Notes: a model not told the origin generated them from the sequence alone. A stretch of DNA of 41,366 nt from Takakia lepidozioides (GCA_030704615.1 JAKLZA010000103.1:1-41366), one strand, 5' to 3'. Shown: positions 1-13,100, numbered from the stretch's first letter. Numbers and translations: made by a program.

Positions 1-3000
1 TGATACGTCCCAGTGTAATATGAGATCAATCGAATTTGTTTGATGGGCCAATGAGGCGTTCAGTTGTCATCTGGTTTTGTTCATTGCGAGAAAAAAAATC
101 CCTGCAATGCGTGCACGACTATTGCACCCCGGAAAGGCTGGGTTGAAGCCCATCTTTTGCCCGCATGGGTGTGCTGAAACATATGTTCGGAGACACAATA
201 GACGAATAAATCATCTGCCTCCCCATCGACGCGCTCACCCCTCAAGCCATTCCAGAACTTAATTGAATTTAAATTAATTTTAAGCCAAAAATAGGTTCGC
301 ACTGCCTTTCGTTGGGGTTTCTGGCACGCATCGATTTTGTTTTTGGTTCAATTTTGTTCTGCGGCTTCAAGCATCCCACTGCTACTCCCCCGCCAAAATT
401 TGGACCAATACAAAATGCCCCCCAAAAAAAGTGTTCTCTTCGCTCACTATTGCATAACTCTTTATGAAGAGTGCATGAAGTAGAACGCAAAACAAGTCTG
501 GAGTGCAAAATAGGGAGAGAAACTGTGGTTTTGGGTCCAAATGAATCTTGATCGCTCCCAAATTTGGCACGCACGTTGCATATGGAGTCATTACATGCCC
601 CATTCAAAAACAGAATGAAAAAAAATAAACATGAACACGCGAAACACAGTCCAACAGGTCCCAAAGTAATAGCAGATCCAACGGAATACATTCAACGGGT
701 GAACGGATGGTTGCCCATCCAAATCATTTTTGTTTGCTTCCAAACTTTGCCAGTACGTTTGAGACATCCTCTCACAGTCCCGGACTAATATGAGATCAAT
801 CGAAATTCATTCGAAGGCTCAACGGCTGGTTGGCCATCGAAATGATTTTGGTTCGCTTTGAGACTTGGCCAGTATGTTCAATGTACCATGTAAGAGGCCC
901 CAAAGTAATATGAGATCAATCGAAATTTGTTCAACGGGCCAACGGATGGTTGCCCATCCAAATGATTTTCGTTCGCTTTGAGACTTGGCCGGTGTGTTCA
1001 ACGTGCCCTCTGATACGTCCCAGTGTAATATGAGATCAATCGAAATTTGTTTGATGGGCCAATGAGGCGTTCAGTTGTCATCTGGTTTTTGTTCATTGCG
1101 AGAAAAAAATCCTGCAATGCGTGCACGACTATTGCACCCATTGAACGGATGGGTTGAAGCCCATCTTTTGCCCGCATGTGTGTTGTTGAACATATGTTCG
1201 GAGACACAATAGACGAATAAATCATCTGCCTCCCCATCGACGCGCTCACCCCTCAAGCCATTCCAGAACTTAATGAATTTAAATTAATTTAAGCCAATAA
1301 ATAGGTTCGCACTGCCTTTCGTGGGGGTTTCTGGCACGCATCGATTTTGTTTTTGGTTCAATTTTGTTCTGCGGCTTCAAGCATCCCACTGCTACTCCCC
1401 GCCAAAATTTGGACCAATACAAAATGCCCCCCAAAAAAAGTGTTCTCTTCGCTCACTATTGCATAACTCTTTATGAAGAGTGCATGAAGTAGAACGCAAA
1501 ACAAGTCTGGAGTGCAAAATAGGGAAGAAACTGTGGTTTTGGGTCCAAATGAATCTTGATCGCTCCCAAATTTGGCACGCACGTTGCATATGGAGTCATT
1601 ACATGCCCCATTCAAAAACAGAATGAAAAAAAATAAACATGAACACGCGAAACACAGTCCAACAGGTCCCAAAGTAATAGCAGATCCAACGGAATACATT
1701 CAACGGGTGAACGGATGGTTGCCCATCCAAATCATTTTTGTTTGCTTCCAAACTTTGCCAGTACGTTTGAGACATCCTCTCACAAGTCCGGACTAATATG
1801 AGATCAATCGAAATTCATTCGAAGGCTCAACGGCTGGTTGGCCATCGAAATGATTTTGGTTCGCTTTGAGACTTGGCCAGTATGTTCAATGTACCATGTA
1901 AGAGGCCCCAAAGTAATATGAGATCAATCGAAATTTGTTCAACGGGCCAACGGATGGTTGCCCATCCAAATGATTTTCGTTCGCTTTGAGACTTGGCCGG
2001 TGTGTTCAACGTGCCCTCTGATACGTCCCAGTGTAATATGAGATCAATCGAAATTTGTTTGATGGGCCAATGAGGCGTTCAGTTGTCATCTGGTTTTTGT
2101 TCATTGCGAGAAAAAAAAATCCTGCAATGCGTGCACGACTATTGCACCCATTGAACGGATGGGTTGAAGCCCATCTTTTGCCCGCATGTGGTGCTTGAAC
2201 ATATGTTCGGAGACACAATAGACGAATAAATCATCTGCCTCCCCATCGACGCGCTCACCCCTCAAGCCATTCCAGAACTTAATTGAATTTAAATTAATTT
2301 TAAGCCAATAAATAGGTTCGCACTGCCTTTCGTTGGGGGTTTCTGGCACGCATCGATTTTGTTTTTGGTTCAATTTTGTTCTGCGGCTTCAAGCATCCCA
2401 CTGCTACTCCCCCGCCAAAATTTGGACCAATACAAAATGCCCCCCAAAAAAAGTGTTCTCTTCGCTCACTATTGCATAACTCTTTATGAAGAGTGCATGA
2501 AGTAGAACGCAAAACAAGTCTGGAGTGCAAAATAGGGAAGAAACTGTGGTTTTGGGTCCAAATGAATCTTGATCGCTCCCAAATTTGGCACGCACGTTGC
2601 ATATGGAGTCATTACATGCCCCATTCAAAAACAGAATGAAAAAAATAAACATGAACACGCGAAACACAGTCCAACAGGTCCCAAAGTAATAGCAGATCCA
2701 ACGGATACATTCAACGGGTGAACGGATGGTTGCCCATCCAAATCATTTTTGTTTGCTTCCAAACTTTGCCAGTACGTTTGAGACATCCTCTCACAAGTCC
2801 CGGACTAATATGAGATCAATCGAAATTCATTCGAAGGCTCAACGGCTGGTTGGCCATCGAAATGATTTTGGTTCGCTTTGAGACTTGGCCAGTATGTTCA
2901 ATGTACCATGTAAGAGGCCCCAAAGTAATATGAGATCAATCGAAATTTGTTCAACGGGCCAACGGATGGTTGCCCATCCAAATGATTTTCGTTCGCTTTG

Positions 3001-6000
3001 AGACTTGGCCGGTGTGTTCAACGTGCCCTCTGATACGTCCCAGTGTAATATGAGATCAATCGAAATTTGTTTGATGGGCCAATGAGGCGTTCAGTTGTCA
3101 TCTGGTTTTTGTTCATTGCGAGAAAAAAAAATCCTGCAATGCGTGCACGACTATTGCACCCATTGAACGGATGGGTTGAAGCCCATCTTTTGCCCGCATG
3201 TGGTGCTTGAACATATGTTCGGAGACACAATAGACGAATAAATCATCTGCCTCCCCATCGACGCGCTCACCCCTCAAGCCATTCCAGAACTTAATTGAAT
3301 TTAAATTAATTTTAAGCCAATAAATAGGTTCGCACTGCCTTTCGTTGGGGGTTTCTGGCACGCATCGATTTTGTTTTTGGTTCAATTTTGTTCTGCGGCT
3401 TCAAGCATCCCACTGCTACTCCCCCGCCAAAATTTGGACCAATACAAAATGCCCCCAAAAAAAGTGTTCTCTTCGCTCACTATTGCATAACTCTTTATGA
3501 AGAGTGCATGAAGTAGAACGCAAACAAGTCTGGAGTGCAAAATAGGGAAGAAACTGTGGTTTTGGGTCCAAATGAATCTTGATCGCTCCCAAATTTGGCA
3601 CGCACGTTGCATATGGAGTCATTACATGCCCCATTCAAAAACAGAATGAAAAAAATAAACATGAACACGCGAAACACAGTCCAACAGGTCCCAAAGTAAT
3701 AGCAGATCCAAGAATACATTCAACGGGTGAACGGATGGATGGTTGTTGCCATCCAAATCATTTTTGTTTGCTTCCAAACTTTGCCAGTACGTTTGAGACA
3801 TCCTCTCACAAGTCCCGGACTAATATGAGATCAATCGAAATTCATTCGAAGGCTCAACGGCTGGTTGGCCATCGAAATGATTTTGGTTCGCTTTGAGACT
3901 TGGCCAGTATGTTCAATGTACCATGTAAGAGGCCCCAAAGTAATATGAGATCAATCGAAATTTGTTCAACGGGCCAACGGATGGTTGCCCATCCAAATGA
4001 TTTTCGTTCGCTTTGAGACTTGGCCGGTGTGTTCAACGTGCCCTCTGATACGTCCCAGTGTAATATGAGATCAATCGAAATTTGTTTGATGGGCCAATGA
4101 GGCGTTCAGTTGTCATCTGGTTTTTGTTCATTGCGAGAAAAAAAAATCCTGCAATGCGTGCACGACTATTGCACCCATTGAACGGATGGGTTGAAGCCCA
4201 TCTTTTGCCCGCATGTGGTGCTTGAACATATGTTCGGAGACACAATAGACGAATAAAATCTCTGCCTCCCCATCGACGCGCTCACCCCTCAAGCCATTCC
4301 AGAACTTAATTGAATTTAAATTAATTTTAAGCCAATAAATAGGTTCGCACTGCCTTTCGTTGGGGGTTTCTGGCACGCATCGATTTTGTTTTTGGTTCAA
4401 TTTTGTTCTGCGGCTTCAAGCATCCCACTGCTACTCCCCCGCCAAAATTTGGACCAATACAAAATGCCCCCCAAAAAAAGTGTTCTCTTCGCTCACTATT
4501 GCATAACTCTTTATGAAGAGTGCATGAAGTAGAACGCAAAACAAGTCTGGAGTGCAAAATAGGGAAGAAACTGTGGTTTTGGGTCCAAATGAATCTTGAT
4601 CGCTCCCAAATTTGGCACGCACGTTGCATATGGAGTCATTACATGCCCCATTCAAAACAGAATGAAAAAAAATAAACATGAACACGCGAAACACAGTCCA
4701 ACAGGTCCCAAAGTAATAGCAGATCCAACGGAATACATTCAACGGGTGAACGGATGGTTGCCCATCCAAATCATTTTTGTTTGCTTCCAAACTTTGCCAG
4801 TACGTTTGAGACATCCTCTCACAAGTCCCGGACTAATATGAGATCAATCGAAATTCATTCGAAGGCTCAACGGCTGGTTGGCCATCGAAATGATTTTGGT
4901 TCGCTTTGAGACTTGGCCAGTATGTTCAATGTACCATGTAAGAGGCCCCAAAGTAATATGAGATCAATCGAAATTTGTTCAACGGGCCAACGGATGGTTG
5001 CCCATCCAAATGATTTTCGTTCGCTTTGAGACTTGGCCGGTGTGTTCAACGTGCCCTCTGATACGTCCCAGTGTAATATGAGATCAATCGAAATTTGTTT
5101 GATGGGCCAATGAGGCGTTCAGTTGTCATCTGGTTTTTGTTCATTGCGAGAAAAAAAAATCCTGCAATGCGTGCACGACTATTGCACCCATTGAACGGAT
5201 GGGTTGAAGCCCATCTTTTGCCCGCATGTGGTGCTTGAACATATGTTCGGAGACACAATAGACGAATAAATCATCTGCTCCCCATCGACGCGCTCACCCC
5301 TCAAGCCATTCCAGAACTTAATTGAATTTAAATTAATTTAAGCCAATAAATAGGTTCGCACTGCCTTTCGTTGGGGGTTTCTGGCACGCATCGATTTTGT
5401 TTTTGGTTCAATTTTGTTCTGCGGCTTCAAGCATCCCACTGCTACTCCCCCGCCAAAATTTGGACCAATACAAAATGCCCCCCAAAAAAAGTGTTCTCTT
5501 CGCTCACTATTGCATAACTCTTTATGAAGAGTGCATGAGTAGAAGAACGCAAAACAAGTCTGGAGTGCAAAATAGGGAAGAAACTGTGGTTTTGGGTCCA
5601 AATGAATCTTGATCGCTCCCAAATTTGGCACGCACGTTGCATATGGAGTCATTACATGCCCCATTCAAAAACAGAATGAAAAAAATAAACATGAACACGC
5701 GAAACACAGTCCAACAGGTCCCAAAGTAATAGCAGATCCAACGGAATACATTCAACGGGTGAACGGATGGTTGCCCATCCAAATCATTTTTGTTTGCTTC
5801 AAACTTTGCCAGTACGTTTGAGACATCCTCTCACAAGTCCCGGACTAATATGAGATCAATCGAAATTCATTCGAAGGCTCAACGGCTGGTTGGCCATCGA
5901 AATGATTTTGGTTCGCTTTGAGACTTGGCCAGTATGTTCAATGTACCATGTAAGAGGCCCCAAAGTAATATGAGATCAATCGAAATTTGTTCAACGGGCC

Positions 6001-8427
6001 AACGGATGGTTGCCCATCCAAATGATTTTCGTTCGCTTTGAGACTTGGCCGGTGTGTTCAACGTGCCCTCTGATACGTCCCAGTGTAATATGAGATCAAT
6101 CGAAATTTGTTTGATGGGCCAATGAGGCGTTCAGTTGTCATCTGGTTTTTGTTCATTGCGAGAAAAAAAAATCCTGCAATGCGTGCACGACTATTGCACC
6201 CATTGAACGGATGGGTTGAAGCCCATCTTTTGCCCGCATGTGGTGCTTGAACATATGTTCGGAGACACAATAGACGAATAAATCATCTGCCTCCCCATCG
6301 ACGCGCTCACCCCTCAAGCCATTCCAGAACTTAATTGAATTTAAATTAATTTTAAGCCAATAAATAGGTTCGCACTGCCTTTCGTTGGGGGTTTCTGGCA
6401 CGCATCGATTTTGTTTTTGGTTCAATTTTGTTCTGCGGCTTCAAGCATCCCACTGCTACTCCCCCGCCAAAATTTGGACCAATACAAAATGCCCCCCAAA
6501 AAAAGTGTTCTCTTCGCTCACTATTGCATAACTCTTTATGAAGAGTGCATGAAGTAGAACGCAAAACAAGTCTGGAGTGCAAAATAGGGAAGAAACTGTG
6601 GTTTTGGGTCCAAATGAATCTTGATCGCTCCCAAATTTGGCACGCACGTTGCATATGGAGTCATTACATGCCCCATTCAAAAACAGAATGAAAAAAAATA
6701 ACATGAACACGCGAAACACAGTCCAACAGGTCCCAAAGTAATAGCAGATCCAACGGAATACATTCAACGGGTGAACGGATGGTTGCCCATCCAAATCATT
6801 TTTGTTTGCTTCCAAACTTTGCCAGTACGTTTGAGACATCCTCTCACAAGTCCCGGACTAATATGAGATCAATCGAAATTCATTCGAAGGCTCAACGGCT
6901 GGTTGGCCATCGAAATGATTTTGGTTCGCTTTGAGACTTGGCCAGTATGTTCAATGTACCATGTAAGAGGCCCCAAAGTAATATGAGATCAATCGAAATT
7001 TGTTCAACGGGCCAACGGATGGTTGCCCATCCAAATGATTTTCGTTCGCTTTGAGACTTGGCCGGTGTGTTCAACGTGCCCTCTGATACGTCCCAGTGTA
7101 ATATGAGATCAATCGAAATTTGTTTGATGGGCCAATGAGGCGTTCAGTTGTCATCTGGTTTTTGTTCATTGCGAGAAAAAAAAATCCTGCAATGCGTGCA
7201 CGACTATTGCACCCATTGAACGGATGGGTTGAAGCCCATCTTTTGCCCGCATGTGGTGCTTGAACATATGTTCGGAGACACAATAGACGAATAAATCATC
7301 TGCCTCCCCATCGACGCGCTCACCCCTCAAGCCATTCCAGAACTTAATTGAATTTAAATTAATTTAAGCCAATAAATAGGTTCGCACTGCCTTTCGTTGG
7401 GGTTTCTGGCACGCATCGATTTTGTTTTTGGTTCAATTTTGTTCTGCGGCTTCAAGCATCCCACTGCTACTCCCCCGCCAAAATTTGGACCAATACAAAA
7501 TGCCCCCCAAAAAAAGTGTTCTCTTCGCTCACTATTGCATAACTCTTTATGAAGAGTGCATGAAGTAGAACGCAAAACAAGTCTGGAGTGCAAAATAGGG
7601 AAGAAACTGTGGTTTTGGGTCCAAATGAATCTTGATCGCTCCCAAATTTGGCACGCACGTTGCATATGGAGTCATTACATGCCCCATTCAAAACAGAATG
7701 AAAAAAATAAACATGAACACGCGAAACACAGTCCAACAGGTCCCAAAGTAATAGCAGATCCAACGAATACATTCAACGGGTGAACGGATGGTTGCCCATC
7801 CAATCATTTTTGTTTGCTTCCAAACTTTGCCAGTACGTTTGAGACATCCTCTCACAAGTCCCGGACTAATATGAGATCAATCGAAATTCATTCGAAGGCT
7901 CAACGGCTGGTTGGCCATCGAAATGATTTTGGTTCGCTTTGAGACTTGGCCAGTATGTTCAATGTACCATGTAAGAGGCCCCAAAGTAATATGAGATCAA
8001 TCGAAATTTGTTCAACGGGCCAACGGATGGTTGCCCATCCAAATGATTTTCGTTCGCTTTGAGACTTGGCCGGTGTGTTCAACGTGCCCTCTGATACGTC
8101 CCAGTGTAATATGAGATCAATCGAAATTTGTTTGATGGGCCAATGAGGCGTTCAGTTGTCATCTGGTTTTTGTTCATTGCGAGAAAAAAAATCCTGCAAT
8201 GCGTGCACGACTATTGCACCCATTGAACGGATGGGTTGAAGCCCATCTTTTGCCCGCATGTGGTGCTTGAACATATGTTCGGAGACACAATAGACGAATA
8301 AATCATCTGCCTCCCCATCGACGCGCTCACCCCTCAAGCCATTCCAGAACTTAATTGAATTTAAATTAATTTTAAGCCAATAAATAGGTTCGCACTGCCT
8401 TTCGTTGGGGGTTTCTGGCACGCATCG

Positions 8428-8510
8428 ATTTTGTTTTTGGTTCAATTTTGTTCTGCGGCTTCAAGCATCCCACTGCTACTCCCCCGCCAAAATTTGGACC
8501 AATACAAAAT
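8428..8510. other. 83-nt imperfect inverted repeat/hairpin, once per unit (representative copy)
   Basis: Arm ATTTTGTTTTTGGTTCAATTTTG (8428-8450) pairs with CAAAATTTGGACCAATACAAAAT (8488-8510). Inner stems GCGG/CCGC and AGCA/TGCT close a TCCCAC loop. Confidence 0.7.
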
Positions 8511-9639
8511 GCCCCCCAAAAAAAGTGTTCTCTTCGCTCACTATTGCATAACTCTTTATGAAGAGTGCATGAAGTAGAACGCAAAACAAGTCTGGAGTGC
8601 AAAATAGGGAAGAAACTGTGGTTTTGGGTCCAAATGAATCTTGATCGCTCCCAAATTTGGCACGCACGTTGCATATGGAGTCATTACATGCCCCATTCAA
8701 AAACAGAATGAAAAAAATAAACATGAACACGCGAAACACAGTCCACAGGTCCCAAAGTAATAGCAGATCCAACGGAATACATTCAACGGGTGAACGGATG
8801 GTTGCCCATCCAAATCATTTTTGTTTGCTTCCAAACTTTGCCAGTACGTTTGAGACATCCTCTCACAAGTCCCGGACTAATATGAGATCAATCGAAATTC
8901 ATTCGAAGGCTCAACGGCTGGTTGGCCATCGAAATGATTTTGGTTCGCTTTGAGACTTGGCCAGTATGTTCAATGTACCATGTAAGAGGCCCCAAAGTAA
9001 TATGAGATCAATCGAAATTTGTTCAACGGGCCAACGGATGGTTGCCCATCCAAATGATTTTCGTTCGCTTTGAGACTTGGCCGGTGTGTTCAACGTGCCC
9101 TCTGATACGTCCCAGTGTAATATGAGATCAATCGAAATTTGTTTGATGGGCCAATGAGGCGTTCAGTTGTCATCTGGTTTTTGTTCATTGCGAGAAAAAA
9201 AAATCCTGCAATGCGTGCACGACTATTGCACCCATTGAACGGATGGGTTGAAGCCCATCTTTTGCCCGCATGTGGTGCTTGAACATATGTTCGGAGACAC
9301 AATAGACGAATAAATCATCTGCCTCCCCATCGACGCGCTCACCCCTCAAGCCATTCCAGAACTTAATTGAATTTAAATTAATTTTAAGCCAATAAATAGG
9401 TTCGCACTGCCTTTCGTTGGGGGTTTCTGGCACGCATCGATTTTGTTTTGGTTCAATTTTGTTCTGCGGCTTCAAGCATCCCACTGCTACTCCCCCGCCA
9501 AAATTTGGACCAATACAAAATGCCCCCCAAAAAAAGTGTTCTCTTCGCTCACTATTGCATAACTCTTTATGAAGAGTGCATGAAGTAGAACGCAAAACAA
9601 GTCTGGAGTGCAAAATAGGGAAGAAACTGTGGTTTTGGG

Positions 9640-9685
9640 TCCAAATGAATCTTGATCGCTCCCAAATTTGGCACGCACGTTGCAT
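9640..9685. repeat. Eroded additional copy of the 120-bp subrepeat (representative copy)
   Basis: TCCAAATGAATCTTGATCGCTCCCAAATTTGGC (from 9640) matches TCCAAATCATTTTTGTTTGCTTCCAAACTTTGC of subrepeat A (from 9822) at 25/33 ungapped positions by hand count. The offset is 182 bp. Confidence 0.8.
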
Positions 9686-9770
9686 ATGGAGTCATTACAT
9701 GCCCCATTCAAAAACAGAATGAAAAAAAATAAACATGAACACGCGAAACACAGTCCAACAGGTCCCAAAG

Positions 9771-10168
9771 TAATAGCAGATCCAACGGAATACATTCAAC
9801 GGGTGAACGGATGGTTGCCCATCCAAATCATTTTTGTTTGCTTCCAAACTTTGCCAGTACGTTTGAGACATCCTCTCACAAGTCCCGGACTAATATGAGA
9901 TCAATCGAAATTCATTCGAAGGCTCAACGGCTGGTTGGCCATCGAAATGATTTTGGTTCGCTTTGAGACTTGGCCAGTATGTTCAATGTACCATGTAAGA
10001 GGCCCCAAAGTAATATGAGATCAATCGAAATTTGTTCAACGGGCCAACGGATGGTTGCCCATCCAAATGATTTTCGTTCGCTTTGAGACTTGGCCGGTGT
10101 GTTCAACGTGCCCTCTGATACGTCCCAGTGTAATATGAGATCAATCGAAATTTGTTTGATGGGCCAAT
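9771..10168. repeat. Internal 120-bp subrepeats of the unit (representative copy): A 9771-9890, B 9891-10010, C 10011-10130, partial D from 10131
   Basis: TAATATGAGATCAATCGAAAT starts at 9891, 10011 and 10131. The diverged version TAATAGCAGATCCAACGGAAT starts at 9771. The copies align without gaps at exactly 120 bp and share AACGG(A/C)TGGTTG(C/G)CCATC(C/G)AAAT(G/C)ATTTT. Confidence 0.97.
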
Positions 10169-13100
10169 GAGGCGTTCAGTTGTCATCTGGTTTTTGTTCA
10201 TTGCGAGAAAAAAAAATCCTGCAATGCGTGCACGACTATTGCACCCATTGAACGGATGGGTTGAAGCCCATCTTTTGCCCGCATGTGGTGCTTGAACATA
10301 TGTTCGGAGACACAATAGACGAATAAATCATCTGCCTCCCCATCGACGCGCTCACCCCTCAAGCCATTCCAGAACTTAATTGAATTTAAATTAATTTTAA
10401 GCCAATAAATAGGTTCGCACTGCCTTTCGTTGGGGGTTTCTGGCACGCATCGATTTTGTTTTGGTTCAATTTTGTTCTGCGGCTTCAAGCATCCCACTGC
10501 TACTCCCCCGCCAAAATTTGGACCAATACAAAATGCCCCCCAAAAAAAGTGTTCTCTTCGCTCACTATTGCATAACTCTTTATGAAGAGTGCATGAAGTA
10601 GAACGCAAAACAAGTCTGGAGTGCAAAATAGGGAAGAAACTGTGGTTTTGGGTCCAAATGAATCTTGATCGCTCCCAAATTTGGCACGCACGTTGCATAT
10701 GGAGTCATTACATGCCCCATTCAAAAACAGAATGAAAAAAAAAAACATGAACACGCGAAACACAGTCCAACAGGTCCCAAAGTAATAGCAGATCCAACGG
10801 AATACATTCAACGGGTGAACGGATGGTTGCCCATCCAAATCATTTTTGTTTGCTTCCAAACTTTGCCAGTACGTTTGAGACATCCTCTCACAAGTCCCGG
10901 ACTAATATGAGATCAATCGAAATTCATTCGAAGGCTCAACGGCTGGTTGGCCATCGAAATGATTTTGGTTCGCTTTGAGACTTGGCCAGTATGTTCAATG
11001 TACCATGTAAGAGGCCCCAAAGTAATATGAGATCAATCGAAATTTGTTCAACGGGCCAACGGATGGTTGCCCATCCAAATGATTTTCGTTCGCTTTGAGA
11101 CTTGGCCGGTGTGTTCAACGTGCCCTCTGATACGTCCCAGTGTAATATGAGATCAATCGAAATTTGTTTGATGGGCCAATGAGGCGTTCAGTTGTCATCT
11201 GGTTTTTGTTCATTGCGAGAAAAAAAAATCCTGCAATGCGTGCACGACTATTGCACCCATTGAACGGATGGGTTGAAGCCCATCTTTTGCCCGCATGTGG
11301 TGCTTGAACATATGTTCGGAGACACAATAGACGAATAAATCATCTGCCTCCCCATCGACGCGCTCACCCCTCAAGCCATTCCAGAACTTAATTGAATTTA
11401 AATTAATTTTAAGCCAATAAATAGGTTCGCACTGCCTTTCGTTGGGGGTTTCTGGCACGCATCGATTTTGTTTTTGGTTCAATTTTTTCTGCGGCTTCAA
11501 GCATCCCACTGCTACTCCCCCGCCAAAATTTGGACCAATACAAAATGCCCCCCAAAAAAAGTGTTCTCTTCGCTCACTATTGCATAACTCTTTATGAAGA
11601 GTGCATGAAGTAGAACGCAAAACAAGTCTGGAGTGCAAAATAGGGAAGAAACTGTGGTTTTGGGTCCAAATGAATCTTGATCGCTCCCAAATTTGGCACG
11701 CACGTTGCATATGGAGTCATTACATGCCCCATTCAAAAACAGAATGAAAAAAATAAACATGAACACGCGAAACACAGTCCAACAGGTCCCAAAGTAATAG
11801 CAGATCCAACGGAATACATTCAACGGGTGAACGGATGGTTGCCCATCCAAATCATTTTTGTTTGCTTCCAAACTTTGCCAGTACGTTTGAGACATCCTCT
11901 CACAAGTCCCGGACTAATATGAGATCAATCGAAATTCATTCGAAGGCTCAACGGCTGGTTGGCCATCGAAATGATTTTGGTTCGCTTTGAGACTTGGCCA
12001 GTATGTTCAATGTACCATGTAAGAGGCCCCAAAGTAATATGAGATCAATCGAAATTTGTTCAACGGGCCAACGGATGGTTGCCCATCCAAATGATTTTCG
12101 TTCGCTTTGAGACTTGGCCGGGTGTTTCAACGTGCCCTCTGATACGTCCCAGTGTAATATGAGATCAATCGAAATTGTTTGATGGGCCAATGAGGCGTTC
12201 AGTTGTCATCTGGTTTTGTTCATTGCGAGAAAAAAATCCTGCAATGCGTGCACGACTATTGCACCCATTGAACGGATGGGTTGAAGCCCATCTTTTGCCC
12301 GCATGTGGTGCTTGAACATATGTTCGGAGACACAATAGACGAATAAATCATCTGCCTCCCCATCGACGCGCTCACCCCTCAAGCCATTCCAGAACTTAAT
12401 TGAATTTAAATTAATTTTAAGCCAATAAATAGGTTCGCACTGCCTTTCGTTGGGGGTTTCTGGCACGCATCGATTTTGTTTTTGGTTCAATTTTGTTCTG
12501 CGGCTTCAAGCATCCCACTGCTACTCCCCCGCCAAAATTTGGACCAATACAAAATGCCCCCCAAAAAAAGTGTTCTCTTCGCTCACTATTGCATAACTCT
12601 TTATGAAGAGTGCATGAAGTAGAACGCAAAACAAGTCTGGAGTGCAAAATAGGGAAGAAACTGTGGTTTTGGGTCCAAATGAATCTTGATCGCTCCCAAA
12701 TTTGGCACGCACGTTGCATATGGAGTCATTACATGCCCCATTCAAAAAAGAATGAAAAAAATAAACATGAACACGCGAAACACAGTCCAACAGGTCCCAA
12801 AGTAATAGCAGATCCAACGGAATACATTCAACGGGTGAACGGATGGTTGCCCATCCAAATCATTTTTGTTTGCTTCCAAACTTTGCCAGTACGTTTGAGA
12901 CATCCTCTCACAAGTCCCGGACTAATATGAGATCAATCGAAATTCATTCGAAGGCTCAACGGCTGGTTGGCCATCGAAATGATTTTGGTTCGCTTTGAGA
13001 CTTGGCCAGTATGTTCAATGTACCATGTAAGAGGCCCCAAAGTAATATGAGATCAATCGAAATTTGTTCAACGGGCCAACGGATGGTTGCCCATCCAAAT

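Noticed and set aside
8484-8497. Sm-site-like AAATTTTGG on the minus strand, suggesting an SL RNA or snRNA tandem gene
   Set aside because: No recognisable spliced-leader exon, donor site or U-snRNA sequence lies nearby. The motif is part of the hairpin arm and is short enough to occur by chance.
9891-9899. TAATATGAG as a geminivirus/CRESS nonanucleotide (TAATATTAC)
   Set aside because: It mismatches at the nick-site end, is not in a stem-loop, occurs three times per unit, and there is no Rep ORF.
10011-10130. 5S rRNA resemblance: 120-bp length, with minus-strand CACGTTGAACACACCGG and TTGGATGGGCAACC recalling 5S segments
   Set aside because: The two segments are ~20 nt closer than in 5S rRNA as I recall it. 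There is no A-box/AGTA element or terminal stem, and sister subrepeats lack the first match. A cmsearch with Rfam RF00001 would settle it.
9891-10153. CRISPR-like direct repeats (22-bp box with ~98-bp intervals)
   Set aside because: The intervals are homologous to each other and far too long for spacers, the same set recurs in every unit, and no cas genes are present.
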